A stretch of 64,000 nucleotides of DNA from Octopus sinensis (Eukaryota): the NCBI RefSeq assembly GCF_006345805.1, contig NC_043008.1, positions 10,044,001-10,108,000 on the forward strand, given 5' to 3'. Positions 62,730 to 64,000 of the stretch are shown here, one piece after another; the stretch's first letter is position 1; every line of letters begins with the position of its first letter. The position numbers and the translations under genes were made by a program. The notes under the pieces are model-generated. The model had not been told where the DNA came from. It saw only the letters and a program-made list of their open reading frames with translations, and did not search any database.

Positions 62730-64000
62730 TACTTCTAACAAGAAACTTACACTTTCATGGGGTCCTGAAAACGAAGAAACACCTGAAGTTATCCTTCGGA
62801 AATGGTGATCATTCATTTCATCTATTTGTTAGACAAGTTCTGTTAAAGAAAAAAGTTTTCATTTCTTTAATTCTTCTTTTTCAGTTCAGTGATACATACG
62901 GTCGCACAACCATACACACCCACGAGCGAATTCAACAGTGAAACACTCGCACACACATTTTTGCTTCACGAATCGCTTACGTTTGTTTCATGTATGCATT
63001 TTTGTGTATGCAAATATCTGTATGTATGTATGTGCATCTAAGTATCGGTTTATGAGTGAGCTGAACAAAAATTAAAGAAATAAAAACTTTTACGGAAATT
63101 GCCGAACAAATAGATAAAATTACTATCTTTTTAGTTTCAGTTTTGTGATACCATCTCGGAAAGATAACCGTACCTGACGTTCAATAATCATGATCCAGTC
63201 ATCGAATCAATTAGGTTTTAAGATCACCGGTTTTAAAATTTCAAGTACATAATCTTGGTCTACATTCAAGAACGTATCTCCGTACACTTTCACTAAAGAA
63301 TAAGGAAGTTAAATTCGGAGAGAGGTAAGGTAAGCACTGAACAGTTATGTCCTATAATCTAAACACCTGACACTCAAAATTAGGCAAACTACGGCACAAA
63401 TAATTATTCCTCAAAGACACGCTGTTGATTTGAATTAAAATTTTCAGAAGTGATGGCCTAATATATAATCTATTTCCTTTTTACACGCTTGCGAGAAAGG
63501 AATCAATATAGAAAACTTCGTGGATGCCAGACCCACTAGAAATAGCAACAAAGTCTTCCTAAATTCAAGGATTATTTAGTCCAACATAAACTCAAAAACC
63601 CGAAATGGTCAAGGCTCAAAAGCCTTTAATCGTTTGTCTGATTGAATTAGTACTGACCGGAGACGAACCACATCAGAGCACTTGTCTTCAGCTCTGCCAC
63701 ATTGACAATTTTAAAAGCATAAGGGACTGTTTCTGTGAGAGAGAGACACTTAGAAAAAAGTTACTAAATTCACTGAAGTGGAGAAAGATTGACAAGGGCC
63801 CCACATAAGCAACAGAAAATCCAGACACACCCACTAATAAATTGGCAAGACAGTTTAAAGCGATTAAATGCAGAGTAGAGGCAGAGATGACAAAGCAGCC
63901 GGGACCTCAGGTGAACTACATCAGATACAAGGACTTGAGACGAACAAGTCGCACAAAAGAACATGATGTGCGTACATGTAGGAGACACACTAAAATTTTA

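Noticed and set aside
62751-62839. Candidate kelch first exon (acag|...|gtaagt; MNDHHFRRITSGVSSFSGPHES)
   Set aside because: Ends in phase 0 whereas the next exon needs phase 1, and has no kelch features; could be a UTR or alternative exon but unsupported.
63174-63292. AG/GT-bounded minus-strand segment as an exon
   Set aside because: Contains stops in the plausible frame and no recognisable motif.

Overview
AT-rich, microsatellite-dense eukaryotic genomic DNA. The repeat repertoire (tRNA-derived SINEs, CR1 and Dong/R4 LINE ends, Helitrons, TTAA MITEs, huge TA/CA/AAT/GATA tracts) suggests an octopus/coleoid cephalopod; this is inference from repeat style, not a database match. Two genes are supported, convergently oriented: (1) the terminal coding exon of a class A neuropeptide-type GPCR (+, 9845-10556; upstream exons not found in the window) and (2) seven coding exons of a kelch-repeat beta-propeller protein (-, 60648 to 41687; N-terminus probably beyond 64000). 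Most other ORFs in the track are microsatellite or repeat artefacts. The most notable non-coding signal is a set of hammerhead-ribozyme (HHR)-like motifs in short (TA)n-embedded elements resembling Penelope-like pseudo-LTRs. One has a fully canonical type I core with a long stem II (31768-31858, -), one is split by a SINE, and three are minimal dimer-type motifs. Also seen: a covarying 3' stem-loop shared by a CR1-type LINE and a SINE family, SINE multimers inserted as single TSD-bounded units, a mariner derivative with two left ends, several fold-back hairpins and three-level transposon nesting. All calls were made by eye; repeat boundaries are approximate unless TSD/TIR coordinates are given.
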